Shown here in pieces: positions 1 through 15,105 of a stretch of DNA of 64,000 nucleotides (position 1 is the stretch's first letter; each line of letters starts with the position of its first letter). The stretch covers positions 10,788,001 through 10,852,000 of the forward strand of contig NC_043009.1 in the NCBI RefSeq assembly GCF_006345805.1, given 5' to 3'. The DNA comes from Octopus sinensis. Its lineage: Eukaryota. The notes under the pieces are model-generated. The model did no database searches, was not told the origin of the DNA, and worked only from the letters and a program-made list of their open reading frames with translations. The position numbers and the translations under genes are program-made.

Positions 1-47
<47 letters not shown>

Positions 48-67
48 CACACACACACACACACACA

Positions 68-171
68 AGGTCCTCGGATCGCTTACCGAAAACGACTTCC
101 AGGCCGGATTCCCAAACTGGCAGGAACCCTGGGAGCGGTGTATTGCTGTGCAAAGTGACTATTTCGAAGGA
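68..171 (+). mobile_element. mariner transposase C-terminal fragment
   Basis: Translates KVLGSLTENDFQAGFPNWQEPWERCIAVQSDYFEG, matching the mariner C-terminal FQ.AF..W..RW.RCI..QG.YFEG pattern; flanked by microsatellites. Confidence 0.65.
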
Positions 172-181
172 ATATATATAT

Positions 182-225
<44 letters not shown>

Positions 226-246
226 ATATATTATATATATATATAT

Positions 247-1173
247 AATTGGTGCATTATCATCCTGAAAGATTGTGCTTACCTCCGGAAACCGTTCCGC
301 AACGATAGGATGAATTTGATCAGATAAAAGGCTTAAATAGTCTTGACTCTTAATTCTGACATGAAGGGAAACCATTGGGGTGGCAGATTTCCAAGATATA
401 GCCTCCACCCCAGATCATCACAGATCCTCCTCCATGTTTAACAGTTGGAAGAAGGCAGTCTGAGTCAAATGCTTCTTTTGGCTGTCTCCACATGTATACT
501 CCGCCGGTGTTTGGAAATAAGGTAACAAATGACTCGTCCGAGAAAATAACACTCTTTTACTGCTCTAGGGACCAATTGTGTAGGTTTTTACTTCACTCTG
601 AACGCTTTACAACGTTTGTTTTTGAAAGTGGTGGTTTTCTGATTGCAACCCTCTCGTGAAATCCGGCTCTATGCAGCTCCCGGCGAACAGTTTTTGTGGA
701 AACTGGGTTCTTGAGGTAGTCATTAAGCTCTGCAGTAATTTTGTGATCCTTTCTGACAATTTGTGTAAGAGTCCGACTGTCCCTATCTTAACGTTTTGGA
801 GTTCTTCCGGAGTTTTGTTTCGATGACGAGGTTTTTTCCCCCTCTTTTGCAAAGGCTGTGATTACTTTCGAGACAGTACTTCTTGATACACCAAAAATTT
901 CAACCATTTTCGTTACGCAAGCGCCTGCCGTACGAGCACCAACAATTTGACCTCTTTGAAAGTTGGATAGATCTGTCATTTTAATGAATTTTAATTACCT
1001 TTTTCTGATGATATCTGAAACAAATAACAGCAATTTTAGCAAAACATATAAAGCAACACTAATAATAAATATAAAAAAACATAAAATTAAACAAGCTTTT
1101 GACAGTTTTACAGATATTTCAAAATTATGATGCTATGATGCCAGTTGTTTCTCTTGTTTTGTCCAACCCTGTA
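247..1173 (-). mobile_element. Tc1-family DNA transposon, degraded, 3'-truncated
   Basis: ORF 788-979 (MTDLSNFQRGQIVGARTAGACVTKMVEIFGVSRSTVSKV) is a Tc1 N-terminal HTH; ORF 214-408 has IFQDDNAP (DDE region); TIR-like end CAGGGTTGGACAAAACAAGAGAAAC plus TA at 1146-1173; 247-440 is homologous to 63810-64000. Confidence 0.85.
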
Positions 1174-1476
1174 TATACTGTGTAGGTCTATGCACCAACG
1201 CGCACATACATATACATATATGTGCATTGGCATACATATACATAGAACCATTTGCAGCTTTCAAAAACCCTACATTACTACACTGTATTTCTTTCCAATG
1301 CAACACATATGCTATGGTAAATGTATTTTCTGGGATTGGTGAAAGCATACACATTGTGAAACTAGAATTAATGATGTAAATTTATGCTTGATCGTTTTCT
1401 TTCAATGAAATACAAAATTGAGAACCACCGCTTTATTCATATAATTCTATGTGTATCTTACGTAAATTTGTCTTAG

Positions 1477-1616
1477 ATTGCAGCTTGAAATAAAAGAATA
1501 CTGTAATGACGATTACTACGGTTCAACATGCGATGTCCATTGTATAGAACGGGATGATGACGATGGCGGCCATTATACATGTGATAAACATTCAGGAAAG
1601 AAAATCTGTAATCCAG
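1477..1616 (+). CDS. DSL-EGF gene, exon A (most of the DSL domain); 5' exons lie upstream of the window
   Basis: ttag acceptor at 1475-76 (an in-frame cag at 1481-83 is an alternative), CAG|gtaag donor at 1617. Encodes LQLEIKEYCNDDYYGSTCDVHCIERDDDDGGHYTCDKHSGKKICNPG, matching DSL C...YYG..C...C..RDD..GHYTC...G.K.C..G. Confidence 0.9.
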
Positions 1617-2054
1617 GTAAGCGAGAGAGAAAAAGAAGGGTAAGAGTGAGAGAGAGAAAGAAAGAAAGAAAGAAAGAGAGAAAGAGAGAAGATGTGAGCT
1701 AGTAGTAGAATTCAATAACTATTCAAATTTCATTATCTATTCGGTATTCAATTTAGTTATCATTCAGTAACAAAGAATCCTTATTGAACATTTTTATACA
1801 TGTTATTTAATTTATATATCATAATCTATGTGTTTCGGATAAAAATTGACGACTCCCGTTGAGTGATAGAGATATTCCTTCGTGATATCATTCAATAATA
1901 AACCCAGTTTCGGTTTACGGGAGAAAGTTACATTTTAACCAGGTCGTTAATGATCAATTTGAAGACAAATTTATCACACTATCCATAAATCTTGATATCT
2001 AACAGTTATATGATAAAACGATATGTGCATGGTGAACCTGGGTAATGAATATGA

Positions 2055-2202
2055 TCCGCCGAGGTCGACTTTGCCTTTCATCCTTTCGGGGTCGATAAAT
2101 TAAGTACCAGTTACGCACTGGGGTCGAGGTAATCGACTTAATCCGTTTGTCTGTCCTTGTTTGTCCTCTTTATGTTTAGCCCCTTGTGGGTAGTAAAGAA
2201 AC
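2055..2202 (+). mobile_element. SINE family B, 3' part (Nin/Sauria-like central domain)
   Basis: GAGGTCGACTTTGCCTTTCATCCTTTCGGGGTCGAT core, also present at 12.8, 14.0, 35.1 and 56.5 kb. Confidence 0.75.
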
Positions 2203-3222
2203 AGAATATGATGACATGCATATTTTTTCTTAATACTTTTCGGTAGATTAGAACGTGAATAACCTAATCGGTTTTCAGAAATCAGAAGACAATACAAAGC
2301 GTTTGTTTACTAAATCCTATGAACAAAGCCAAAGACTCTTGTTAAATTCATCAACCCGCTTTCGATTTGGTCTAGGAGTCACACAACAAGGTCGAAACAC
2401 TAGTGTATCCTTAACCTAACGAAGAGAGTGAGTCATGAATACATAGTCGTCAAAAAAAGAGTTAAAAAGTTGTTAGATAATGACGAAATACAACAGCGAT
2501 GAGCATACCCGGGTTCGAATCTATCTAACGTATAAGGAATGAAATTCTGCCATCGGAGCATCTATCCGATATATCTTAAAGTTATAAGATACGCCCTATA
2601 TCATGAATATAGAAATTCGACTTCAAAATCCGTGTTGTTTAAATACACTACCCTTAAAACATATGCTATTCATTTTATATAGCAATTTTATGCTAGTGTC
2701 TACGTTACCATCATCAAATGAATTGTATATCCTACTTTAGCCGCTATGATAGAATTATATCATTTTGTGTAATGTTTTGACAGCTGTACTACAATAGCTG
2801 TCATACAATTTAGATTTATCTTTCTAGACAATCGTAATGACAGGATATATAGCGATATTTTCGTATGAGGAATTGGTTATTTAGTATGACTAGAAATATG
2901 TGAACTTCATATAATTCATAGTAAGTGTGAACTTGGCAATGTAAACAAAATGACTCCGTTTAAGATAAAATAACGCTCATTTCTCGACGATGAACAACCG
3001 CACGTTTTATTAGTACATATGGCAAAACGGTAAACCTACACTGCGATATGGAAATGGTAGCTAATGGCCTCGAGAAAGGGTTGGAGCTTACAGTATCGTT
3101 TAACGTTGGCTGAAATATAGAATTTACTATGGATTATTGTATGCATATGTATCTCGTCCCATACTTTCAGGATTATCGACTGAATAGCATAACTCATGTT
3201 AAAAGTTAGCATACATAGCATA

Positions 3223-3630
3223 GGCGTAGGAGTGGCTGTGTGGTAAGAAGCTTTTTTACCAACCACATGGTTCCGGGTTCAGTCCCACTACGTGGCACCT
3301 TGGGAAAGTGTCTTCTACTATAGCCTCGGGCCGACCAAAGCCTTGTGAGTGGATTTGATAGGTGGAAACTGAAAGAAGCTCGTCGTATATATGTTTATAT
3401 ATGTATATGTATGTGTGTGTATATGTTTGTCTGCGTTTGTCCCCCCAACATCGCTTGACAACCGACGCTGGTGTGTTTACGTCCCCGTAACTTAGCGGTT
3501 CGGCAAAATAGACCGATAGAATAAGTACTAGGCTTACAAAGAATAAGTCCTGGGGTCGATTTGCTCGACTAAAGGCGGTGCTCCAGCATGGCCACAGTCA
3601 CATGACTGAAACAAGTAAAAGTAAAAAAAA
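3223..3630 (+). mobile_element. tRNA-derived SINE family A, full length
   Basis: Head GGCGTAGGAGTGGCTGTGTGG...GGTTCAGTCCC (A/B-box-like), internal microsatellite, tail CCAGCATGGCC...GAAACAAGTAAAAG; more than 10 copies in the window. Confidence 0.85.
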
Positions 3631-4348
3631 AGTACATGTTAGCAAAATTTTCTTCTAAAACTAAACAGAAATACATTTTCTGATGTATGAATATGTATTC
3701 GACTATACAGAGCAATCCAACGTTATAGTACTATCTGATAAACGAATATCTTGAATTATATAGAGGCTTCAGGAACGAAGATCACATATTTGGATATTTT
3801 GCATAAAGGTAACTGAATGATAAATGTTTACTGTTAGATATCTCAAAAACTAGATATCTCAAAAGAACTGTTTGTTACATGAAAGTTTGAATCATAAACA
3901 TTTTCCTCCTGAATATCGTATGCATTGTGTGTTGAGATATTGCAGAAAAATATATTTCCCGATAGACTTTCTGTATATACAGATATGTACATACAAAACT
4001 TTTTACATACACACATAGACACATATAGGCACACAGCGACACATTCATATGAGCACTTTTTGTTTAATTTGTGTTAGAAAAACATAAAAGTGCTCTATGT
4101 ACATTTTTCTTAGAAGTGCGTAAAGTCTGCTCAATATTTATTCATATCTAAATCAAACAAGCTTACAATGTAATCCTGTTTACTGCTTCTGTATCAGTTG
4201 TAGATTTGGCAAATAAAGAACGGGAAAAAATATGTTACCCACAAAAGAGCATATGAATTGATTGTTCATCATGGCTTGGAATATTTTGTAAAAAAATTTA
4301 CGTATGCTACACACTTTATATTCATATATGCATAACTAATTCTACAAT

Positions 4349-4680
4349 AGGCACAGAAGTGGCTGTGTGGTAAGTAGCTTGCTTACCAACCACATGGTTC
4401 CGGGTTCAGCCCCACTGCGTGGCACCTTGGGCAAGTGCCTTCTACTATAGCCTCGGGCATATATATGTATATATATATATACATACTTTACTTTTTATCC
4501 GGGGTTTTGACGAAAGTTTAAGTTAGGCTTCCCAAACACATGGTTCCAGGTTCAGTCCCATTGCGTAGCAGCTTGGTCAAGTATCTTTTACTATAGCCTC
4601 GGGCCGACCAAGGTCTTGTGAGTGGATCTGGTAGATGGAAACTGAAAGAAGCCTGTCGTATATATGTATATATATATATT

Positions 4681-4717
<37 letters not shown>

Positions 4718-4900
4718 GCCCTCCATCACCTCTTGACAACCTGTGTTGGAGTGTCTATATCTCCGTAACTTTGCGGTTCAGCAAAAGAGACTGATAGCAT
4801 AAGTGCTAGACTTCAAAAAATGCCCTGTGATCGATTGGATTGTTCAAGGTGGTACCCCTGCATGGCCACAGTAAATAACTGAAACAAAGTTTTAAAAAGA
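4349..4900 (+). mobile_element. SINE family A, two adjacent copies (5' fragment 4349-4459; diverged copy about 4520-4900)
   Basis: Direct similarity to 3223-3630. Confidence 0.8.
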
Positions 4901-5489
4901 AATAATGGACTGGAACTGTTCTGTCCTCTCACCGAGTGCCATATCACAAACTAAGATCTGCGTTTTAACCACACGGTCTACCTCATGTCAGGCTTTTCAG
5001 TGAAAACCACAGACTGTACTTTATGAGGGGTCAAAGCATACTCCATTACCTGCTGCTAGCTACTTGTAACCCATTTATATATGTTCATTATCGGTGGAGT
5101 GTGGTCGTTGACCAACCCGGTTCGCCGTAGAAGTTTTGCAGAGTGAGATTGCTCCAATTGGTTGATGGGGACCTGCTACTGATAACCAGTCAATCCGTTT
5201 ATAGCCGACGATTAAACCAATCTCTTACTCGGCTTGTCCTGTGAAGACTGTGTGGACACATAGCAGGATTTTAAAACTCACATAAAATCTATCAAATGCG
5301 GATGGGTTCTTTGAGAGTCAAACACTACAGATCTGGAGAGAATTAAAAGGCAAGCTAACAAAATATGTTAATACATGATCAGTAAAAAATATACAAAATA
5401 GAGAAAAATAATTAAATAGCGAAATTCAATGAAAAATCCCTTAACATAGCTATTTTCACATTGCAGTTAAAAATACATTTGCTAAACTC

Positions 5490-5580
5490 TTGTATAAATG
5501 TATGGATGTATGTATGTACGTATGTAAGTATGTACGTATGTAAGTATGTATGTATATATGTATGTACGTATGTATGTATG

Positions 5581-5637
<57 letters not shown>

Positions 5638-6760
5638 GTATGTATGTGTGTATGTAAGTATGTATGTATGTAAATATGCATTTATGTATGTATGTATGCA
5701 TGTCTGTATGTATGTAAGTATGTATGTATGCATGTATGTATGTAAGTATGTAAGTATGTATGTATGTATGTAAATATGCATTTATGTATGTATGCATGTA
5801 TGTATGTATGTAAGTATGTATGTATGTATGTAAGTATGTATGTATGTAAATATGCATTTATGTATGTATGTATGTATGTATGTAAGTATGTATGTATGCA
5901 TGTATGTATGTAAGTATGTAAGTATGTATGTATGTATGTAAATATGCATTTATGTATGTATGCATGTATGTATGTATGTAAGTATGTATGTATGTATGTA
6001 TGCAAGTATGTATGTATGTAAGTATGTATGTATGTATGTATGCAAGTATGTAAGTATGTATGTATGTAAGTATGTATGTGTGCATGTATGTATGTATGTA
6101 TGAATGTATGTATGTATGTATGTATGTAAATATGCATTTATGTATGTATGTATGTATGTATGTAAGTATGTATGTATGTATGTATGTATGTATGCAAGTA
6201 TGTATGTATGTAAGTATGTATGTATGTATGCATGCAAGTATGTAAGTATGTATGTATGTAAGTATGTATGTGTGCATGTATGTATGTATGTATGTATGTA
6301 TGTATGAATGTATGTATGTATGTATGAATGTATGTATGTATGTAAGTATGCATTTATGTATGTATGCATGTATGTATGTATGTAAGTATGTATGTATGTA
6401 TGCAAGTATGTATGTATGTAAGTATGTATGTATGTATGTATGCAAGTATGTAAGTATGTATGTATGTAAGTATGTATGTGTGCATGTATGTAAGTATGTA
6501 AGTATGTATGTATATATGTATATGTATGTATGTATATGTAAGTATGTATGTATATATGTATGTATATATGTATGTATGTAAGTATGTATGTATGCATGTA
6601 TGTATGTAAGTATGTAAGTATGTATGTATGTACGTATGTAAGTCTCTATGTATATATGTATGAATTTAAGTATGTATGTATGTATGTTTGCATATATGTA
6701 TGTATATTAGTATGTATGTATATATATGTGAACTTATGTACATGTATGATTACATGCATA
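5490..6760. repeat. (TATG)n satellite array, about 1.27 kb
   Basis: Continuous TATG repeat with recurring variant AAATATGCATTTATG; source of the YIHT/YVCM ORFs. Confidence 0.97.
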
Positions 6761-7329
6761 AACCCCAAATAGTTACTTTAAGCATTACTGTAGAGGCTTC
6801 CATAGATTGCAGTTTATTTTACACTGAGCTTATAAATTAAAAAGGAGGAAAACCGTTGTGGCATTTGTGATTTATCTATAAATATTTATACATATATATT
6901 CATGATTACTGCCAGTCACCACTGCTAAAACTGTTAAGAGCGTCGAACAAAATAACACTTGTGTTTTTTTTGTTTACTACTCTTAGAGTTCTATCTTTAA
7001 ATTTTGCTTATGTCTACCTTATCGTTTCTCTACTAAAATCTTTAAGCACCTGTCAATTTAATCAGTATATCTTACCAGAGCCTCGAAGGTTTGCTTCCTA
7101 TTGACTACAGTCCAATGACTGAAGTAAATAACAGTTTGTAATAGCATTCAAATTTCTCTCAGACTACACCTTACAGTATAGAAAATGTAAGGACAAATTG
7201 AATAAGGTAGTTATGTGTACACGATTTCTGAAACGGAAGTCAAGATTTTCATGTGTTGAATAGCTCAATACAAGTCGACTCTGGGTTAAATAATGGCTTC
7301 TTTCTTAGGCACAAAACCAGCAGGTTTCA

Positions 7330-7712
7330 AGGGGAAGGTATTAGTCGAAGACATGGACTTTAGTAACTAACTGGTATTTTATTTTATCTACCTCAATACG
7401 ATGAAAGGCAAAACTAATCTCCAGAGGGTTTGAACTCAGAACGTAAAGAGGCAGAAGAAATACCACGAGGCATCTTGACTCGAGTTTAAGTAATTCTTTC
7501 AAAATTTTGCATAAAGCCAGCAGTTTCGAAGCGATGGACAAATCAATAAAATTGATCACCGCATTCGACTGGTATTTTATATTATCGGCCCCAAAATGAT
7601 GAAAGGTAAAGTTCACCTCGGCGGGATTTGAACTCAGAACGTGAAGAGCCGGTAGAAATGCTACTAGGTATTTTGACCGAAGTGCTAACCACTCTGCCAA
7701 CTCGCCGTCTTC
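7330..7712 (-). mobile_element. two diverged SINE family B copies
   Basis: Reverse-complement similarity (GATGAAAGGTAAAGTT...GATTTGAACTCAGAACGT) to family B. Confidence 0.65.
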
Positions 7713-8480
7713 TTGGAACTAAATAACGATTTCCTAAACACCTTACATGTAAGTCATGAGACAGCCAGGGAGACTCTACACGGTCAGAGGATCTGCTAGA
7801 AATAACAGCCAAATTATTAACGAATCAATACGTACGAACAGAAATGCCCAAAAGACGCAACCTGTACTTCTAGGCATGACAAATCATTAATAAGATGAGA
7901 TATTTATGGCTGGAACGTTTCAGGTCGTAACGCTACTCAAAGGTGGACTTTGGCTGACAACAACAGCAACCACGTTGGTCATTTCTTATTGATCATAGAG
8001 CAATACACCGATATTTGGTGCAGCAAGGAAGTTGTCTCGCAATAACATTTCAACTTCAATACAAGAAACAGTTCTTCACATTTAGTCATATATTACAAAA
8101 TGAAAAAAAAAATCTAAATTGCAGATTCGATTATAGTTCAGAGTGAGGTGAAGAAACTTCATGTCACGAACATAGAGACTTTTTTTCTGATTCCTTGACT
8201 TCCCTCAAACTAAATTACATTATGACGCCATGCTATTTGGATAACAAATTTATGTATGCTTATTGCTATATTTCATAGTCAAGGGACTTAAGAGCTCGGC
8301 GTACTCTCAAGAAATATCGAGCTCAAATCTACTGAGTGACATATAGCGAATGCCTTTACAGATATGAACTCGAGAAGTCTCAAGCAACGAGTTGCATGTT
8401 AGGAGGCCTTTGAGGTGGGATGTGACGTTATCTGACAAGATAAAGCTCTGCCGAATAGTGGTACGCTCATTTTATATAAA

Positions 8481-8879
8481 ACTAGCAGTATCACCCGGCG
8501 TTGCTCGGATTTGTAAGGGAAATAACTATATAAGCATTTTTAGAGAGTTATAGCCAAAAAATAGCAAAAAAATGCATTAAAAATGGAAAATAATGATGGT
8601 AAATTTTTTTTAAATCGTTAATTCATTGTATACATTTTTAGAGAGTTACTTCCCTTATATAATAGCGAAAAAAATGCATTAAAATGGAAAAAAATGATGG
8701 TAAATTCTTTTTTTAATCGTAGACTCATCGTAGATGCGCGCTAATACCCAGAAGGGCTTGATATGAATCACGACTATAAGATACCCGGTTTTGGTTAAAC
8801 TGCACCGCAAAATGTGGGAGTAGTTAGGAATCTAAATCGTAGGAGACAGACACACAACTTGACTTTTATATATAAAGAT
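8481..8879 (+). mobile_element. non-autonomous Helentron/DINE-1-like element
   Basis: Begins ACTAGCAGTATCACCCGGCGTTGCTCGG, has an internal tandem duplication of about 95 bp, and ends TTTTATATATAAAGAT; this architecture is typical of DINE-1/HINE elements. Confidence 0.55.
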
Positions 8880-9774
8880 TACAATAAAGTTTCTTGCTGT
8901 GGAAAGTTCAAGAGTCTTCATACCTTTCCATCTCACCCCTCTTTCTCTCATTCTCCTTATCTCACTTCCATTCTTTCTCTCTCTCTCTCTCTTTATTTAT
9001 ATGTGTGTGTGTGTGTGAGTGCCTGCAATCTATATCTATTTTAATTCCCGGTCTGAAGAATCGCTAATAAGAGATGCCTTACGTGTCATTTTATACATGT
9101 ATACCCATATAAATCGTATTAGTAACGAAACATTTGTAATGAAGAATGAATAACAACAAAAGTTTTCCAGTTCTCTATTTTGATATGTATATATAATATA
9201 ATAAATTATATAACATATATATGCATGTGTGTGCGCATGTGCGTATGCGTGTGTGTGTTTGTGTTAATGTATGGACTTACACATACATATACATATATAC
9301 ATATATAAATATATACACATAAAAGATATGTACATGTTGCCTGCTGTTTTATTTTTACTACTCTGATATTAAATTTTATGTGGCTTTCCTACAGTTACTT
9401 GACGCCTTCCAGAGCTCCATTACGGTGGGGGTATCGTCCCCGTATATGGGGTTTGTGGAATGTTAATGATTTAGGACCACTTTGATCCCTGTTGTCACCA
9501 TAAAGAACAAAGCACGAGCCCTAAGTTGAAAACAATAGGTACTTTATATTTTTGATTATACATTTTTGCATTTTAGACAGCAAAAGAAAGCTTCTCTTGT
9601 ATACTACGACATGACAGCTAACGTATTAAAGAATTTACAACATTTATGTGTTTTATTCTGAAACCAGAAATAATACTGCGTTACACATGGGCTTAACTAT
9701 TATGTGTGGCTATAGGAAATCTGGTGTAGAAAAAACAACAGAGTAGTAATCGAACGTATATATACATACGTACA

Positions 9775-10590
<816 letters not shown>

Positions 10591-10959
10591 ATCCATCCCA
10601 TTCTCTCTCTCTCTCTTTTTGCCCCGTCTCCCTCTCCCCCTCCCCCTCTCTCTCTTTATATATATCTATATATATAAGTTCTTTTATATATATATGCAAG
10701 TTCTTGCATTGATTGCATTTCCCTAACTACTGTATTCTCTGCGACGTTGTTATAAAGCCAGGTAGACGAGAAATAACAAAGCAATCGATACGCTGCAGCT
10801 TTATATGTGCATATGTATTATTGAATGCAGAGACATGGAATTATGGGATGAACAATACAATGACTATGATGCAACCTATTGCAGATAAGACGGGGGTAAT
10901 AAATCACGATAGCATAGCGGCAGAGCATTTTGATGAGAGATATCATGTGTACAGAGATT

Positions 10960-11067
10960 TGCACACACACACACAAACACATACACATTCACACTCATAG
11001 ACATACATACAGGCACACCACACACACACACACACACATACAGAGACAAACACACATACCCGTACAA

Positions 11068-11117
<50 letters not shown>

Positions 11118-12151
11118 GTATATAAATATATATGCATATACATATTTGCATTATATATATACTTCTATGTATGTATACTTGTGTTAATGTAGCCATATAT
11201 ATAAACATAAATATAAACATAAATATCTGTATATATATATATATATATATATGTATGTTCATATATATATGTGTATATATATATATGTGTGTATATTTAT
11301 GTATATATATATATGTGTATATGTATGTATATATATATATATAATTATATATATTATATATATATATATATGCATGTATGTCCATATATATGTATATATA
11401 TATGTATATATGCATATATATATATATATATATATATGCATATATATATGTATATATATATGTATATATATATATATGTATGTTCATATATATATGTGTA
11501 TATATATATATATTATATATATATATATTTACTTATTTATTTCACACGCACATTTATCATAGATAGCAGTATTTACTGTGATATCTCACACTTTCACCAT
11601 AAACGTGCATTAAGTGATCCAAAGGATTCTTTGCAAGTAAGGACATCAATATTATATGCAACCATGCGCGCGTCCGCACACCAGTGCTCTCACACACTTG
11701 CACATTCGCGCACGCACACATGCATACATGTACATACTCACACGCACACACGCGGGGATTCATTAGTGGCCTTACCACGCTTATGATATGTTTATGATAT
11801 CAGTGTATTTCAAAGGGATGTTCAGTGCCGATATGCTTCTATGTATGTATGTACGTATGTATGTATGCATGCATGTATGCATGTATGTATGTCTTTATGC
11901 ATGTATGTATGCATGCATCCATGTATGTATATGTGTGTATGTATGCATGCGTTTATGCATCTATGTGCGTCTGTGTTTATAGTTATGCATGTAAAACGCA
12001 TTGATTCATTGAATATCCTTTCATATATATGTATATATATATATATATATGTTACTTTTAAACACAGTTGTCTTATTTACATATATGCACACGTGTATAC
12101 ACACATGCACCAACACATATGCACCAATACGTATGCACACGGGCACACACA

Positions 12152-12208
<57 letters not shown>

Positions 12209-12254
12209 GTCTGTCTGTCTGTCTGTCTGTCTACCTACCTACCTACCTACCTAC

Positions 12255-12304
<50 letters not shown>

Positions 12305-12330
12305 GTTTGTCTGTCTGTCTCTTTCTATAT
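10960..12330. repeat. compound (CA)n/(TA)n/(TATG)n/(TATC)n microsatellites
   Basis: Directly visible; a unique-looking spacer lies at about 11540-11830. Confidence 0.9.
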
Positions 12331-12794
12331 GAATTCATGGAATGCCAAGGGAATAAGAATTACACAGGCATTTCTATTAGAGATTTTTATCACCTGGATT
12401 ATCTGCCTTCTTCATGGCTTATAGTCTAGCTTACCACGTTGGTTATCTTGGATACCAAACCAGAAAGTCCTTCTGCGTAAATACGCACATGCCCATTAGT
12501 TGTCAACTCGTCCTCAAGTGTGATATCTTAGTATTTCTTCTTAAGCCTTTTTTTCGTGCACGACTTCGAAAATAATTAATCATGTTCACTTCCGACTTCA
12601 TCACTTTGCCACAAATTGTACTGAGGTTACTGTATTTACTTCATACCATGATGCCCTCTCGTGTGACTCTTCAACCCAGCCAGAGAAAGATAGATACTTC
12701 ACACACTATGGACAAATAAACGACTTGTGTTTCTAATGTAACCCTACTTGATAGTGTACCAACATAAACATTTACTTAAACTAAGGTCTATAAT

Positions 12795-13030
12795 AAAGCT
12801 GCGAGCTGGCAGAAGCGTTAGCACGCCGGGCGAAGTGCTGAGCGGTACTTCGTCTGCCGCTACGTTCTGAGTTTAAATTCCGCCGAGGTCGACTTTACCT
12901 TTCATCCTTTCGGGGTCGATTAAATAAGTACCAGTTACGTACTGGGGTCGATATAATCGACTTAATCCGTTTGTCTGTCCTTGTTTGTCCTCTCCGTGTT
13001 TGGACCCTTGTGGGCAGTAAAGAAATAGGT
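12795..13030 (+). mobile_element. SINE family B, full length
   Basis: Head GCGAGCTGGCAGAAGCGTTAGCAC, core GAGGTCGACTTT..., tail GTAAAGAAATAGGTA. Confidence 0.8.
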
Positions 13031-13499
13031 AATGGCTTTTAATGAAACCGTGTTCAATATGTTTCTCCTCTCCGAATATGAAGCGTCAACTTAATGATAA
13101 CATGCTGGCTAGAGTTAAAAGGATTGGAAAGATATTTGAGCCATACCCTGTCGCTAATTCGGAGACTAGAATTGTTTCTTTGACACCTACCACTTTTCAC
13201 TATCGTGTTTTCTGTCATGTTGCAAACGCCTTTAGAAACACCACCTACTGGAACTGATACGAATTATAGACATGATGGAAACTTTCCCAATCTACACAGA
13301 ATTCAACAAATCGTTATTTCTATCAACAACTGTTTGTAGCCGCTTGTGCACCCACAACTGCAAGTACTTGTTGATCAAATTTCAAAGCCTACAACAATTC
13401 TGGTTTTGATATTAGCACTGCAAAAACATGAGTACATCATCAATCTACCCTACAGCACGAAAAATCTAGAACTACTGGAACAAAATTAAATGCAATTTT

Positions 13500-13930
13500 G
13501 AATATTTTATAACTATGCTATGTGCAAATCGATGCTGTTGTGTCATCAAGTATTGACAAGGAGAGCGCCTGATTTGGGGCCTTGAGAGTGAAACAATCAA
13601 AGTATTTACGTTGATAAAAAATTAAGGCTTATAATGCTGCCTTCTTCCGTCTTTCCATTTCCACTCTACGGTGCTAGAACTTGCAAAGTGTACTCATCTC
13701 ATTCATGAAATTTTAAGTATTTCCATAAATCATATCTATGGAATAATCAAAGCTCAATTTGGAAAGATATATAATAGACAGATAGGTGTGACAGAGTATC
13801 CGATTTGTTTCCCAAAGTCCAGGAGATCCAGCTCTGCTGGGATGGGCATATTGTGAGAGTGAATGATTCAACATTACCAAGATTTATTCGAAGCTTCCAG
13901 ACGGAGGTGTAGTGTTGGTGCACACTTTAT
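13500..13930 (+). mobile_element. RTE-clade LINE reverse-transcriptase C-terminal remnant
   Basis: Frameshifted LCWDGHIVRVNDSTLPR resembles RTE LRWAGHIVRM.D.RLPK; upstream fragments resemble K.Y.A....LLYG.ETW. Confidence 0.5.
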
Positions 13931-13999
13931 TGGGAAATGATTCCTATATAGACTGAAATATAACCGAAAATATTTGTGCGATCACCCAATATTTATGAG

Positions 14000-14320
14000 A
14001 GGCGAGTTGGAAGAAACGTTAGCACAGCGGGCGAAAAGCTTAGCGGTATTTCGTCTGCCGTTACGTTCTGAATTCAGATTCTACCGAGGTCGACTTTGCC
14101 TTTCATCCTTTCGGGGTCGATTAAATAAGTAGCAGTTACGCACTGGGGTCGATGTAATCGACTTAATCCATTTGTCTGTCCTTGTTTGTCCTCTCTGTGT
14201 TTAGCCCCTTGTGGGTAGTAAAGAAATAGGTATCTCATTTGCCGCTACGTTCTGAGTTCAAATTCCGCCGAACTCCACTTTACCTTTCATCCTTTGCCTT
14301 TCATCAAGTTGCGTACTGGG
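14000..14320 (+). mobile_element. SINE family B with a partial tandem second copy
   Basis: Similar to 12795-13030; the head-core segment restarts at about 14240. Confidence 0.8.
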
Positions 14321-14552
14321 GACGATCCAACCCACTGGCCCCCTCTCCAAAAATTTCGGGCCTTGTGCCTAAAGCAGAAATGAATATTTTTGAGAGGTTC
14401 ATGTTCAAAACAAGATGCATGTAACGAGCTATTATATGGAAAATTAAGAATATAGATTCTTTACAAATATGTATGGCAAAGAGAGACACACAATTCATGC
14501 AGTAACAATCCTACCTTCTGTCGTTTTGAATATATAGAAATATGAAATTAAT

Positions 14553-14596
<44 letters not shown>

Positions 14597-14615
14597 GTTA
14601 ATATGTTAATATGTA

Positions 14616-14772
14616 GAGGGGTGGCTGCGTATTAAGTAGCTTGCTTCCCAACCAAATGGTTTCAGGTTCCGTTCCACTGCGTGGCACCATGGGCAAGGCT
14701 CTTCTTCTATAGCCTTGGACCGACCAAAGCCTTGTGAGTGGAGTTGGTAGACGGAAACTGAAGGATGCCCAT

Positions 14773-14852
<80 letters not shown>

Positions 14853-15105
14853 ATATATACATGTATGTGCGCGTGTGTGTGTGAGTGTACATGCTTGTGT
14901 GCCTTTGTTTGTCCCGCCAACATCGCTTGACAACCGATGCTCGCGTGTTTACGTCCCAATAACCTAGCGGTTCGGCCTAAGAGACCGATAGAATAAGTAC
15001 TAGGCTTCTATATTATAAGTCCTGGGGTCGATTTACTCGACTAAAGGCGGTGCTCCAGCATGGCAGCAGTCAAATGACTGAAACAAGTAAAAGAAAAGAA
15101 AAAGA
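14616..15105 (+). mobile_element. SINE family A, full length
   Basis: Similar to 3223-3630. Confidence 0.85.

Noticed and set aside
2370-2412. GAAAC-ACTAGT-GTA, resembling the 3' half of a hammerhead
   Set aside because: No CUGANGA box or convincing stems I and II upstream.
4900-5345. Possible RTE LINE 3' fragment upstream of the TATG array
   Set aside because: Only a vague C..C...H-like pattern; too degraded to support a call.
10713-11000. 95-aa ORF as a possible host-gene exon
   Set aside because: No EGF/DSL Cys pattern, no in-phase splice pair, and it runs into (CA)n.
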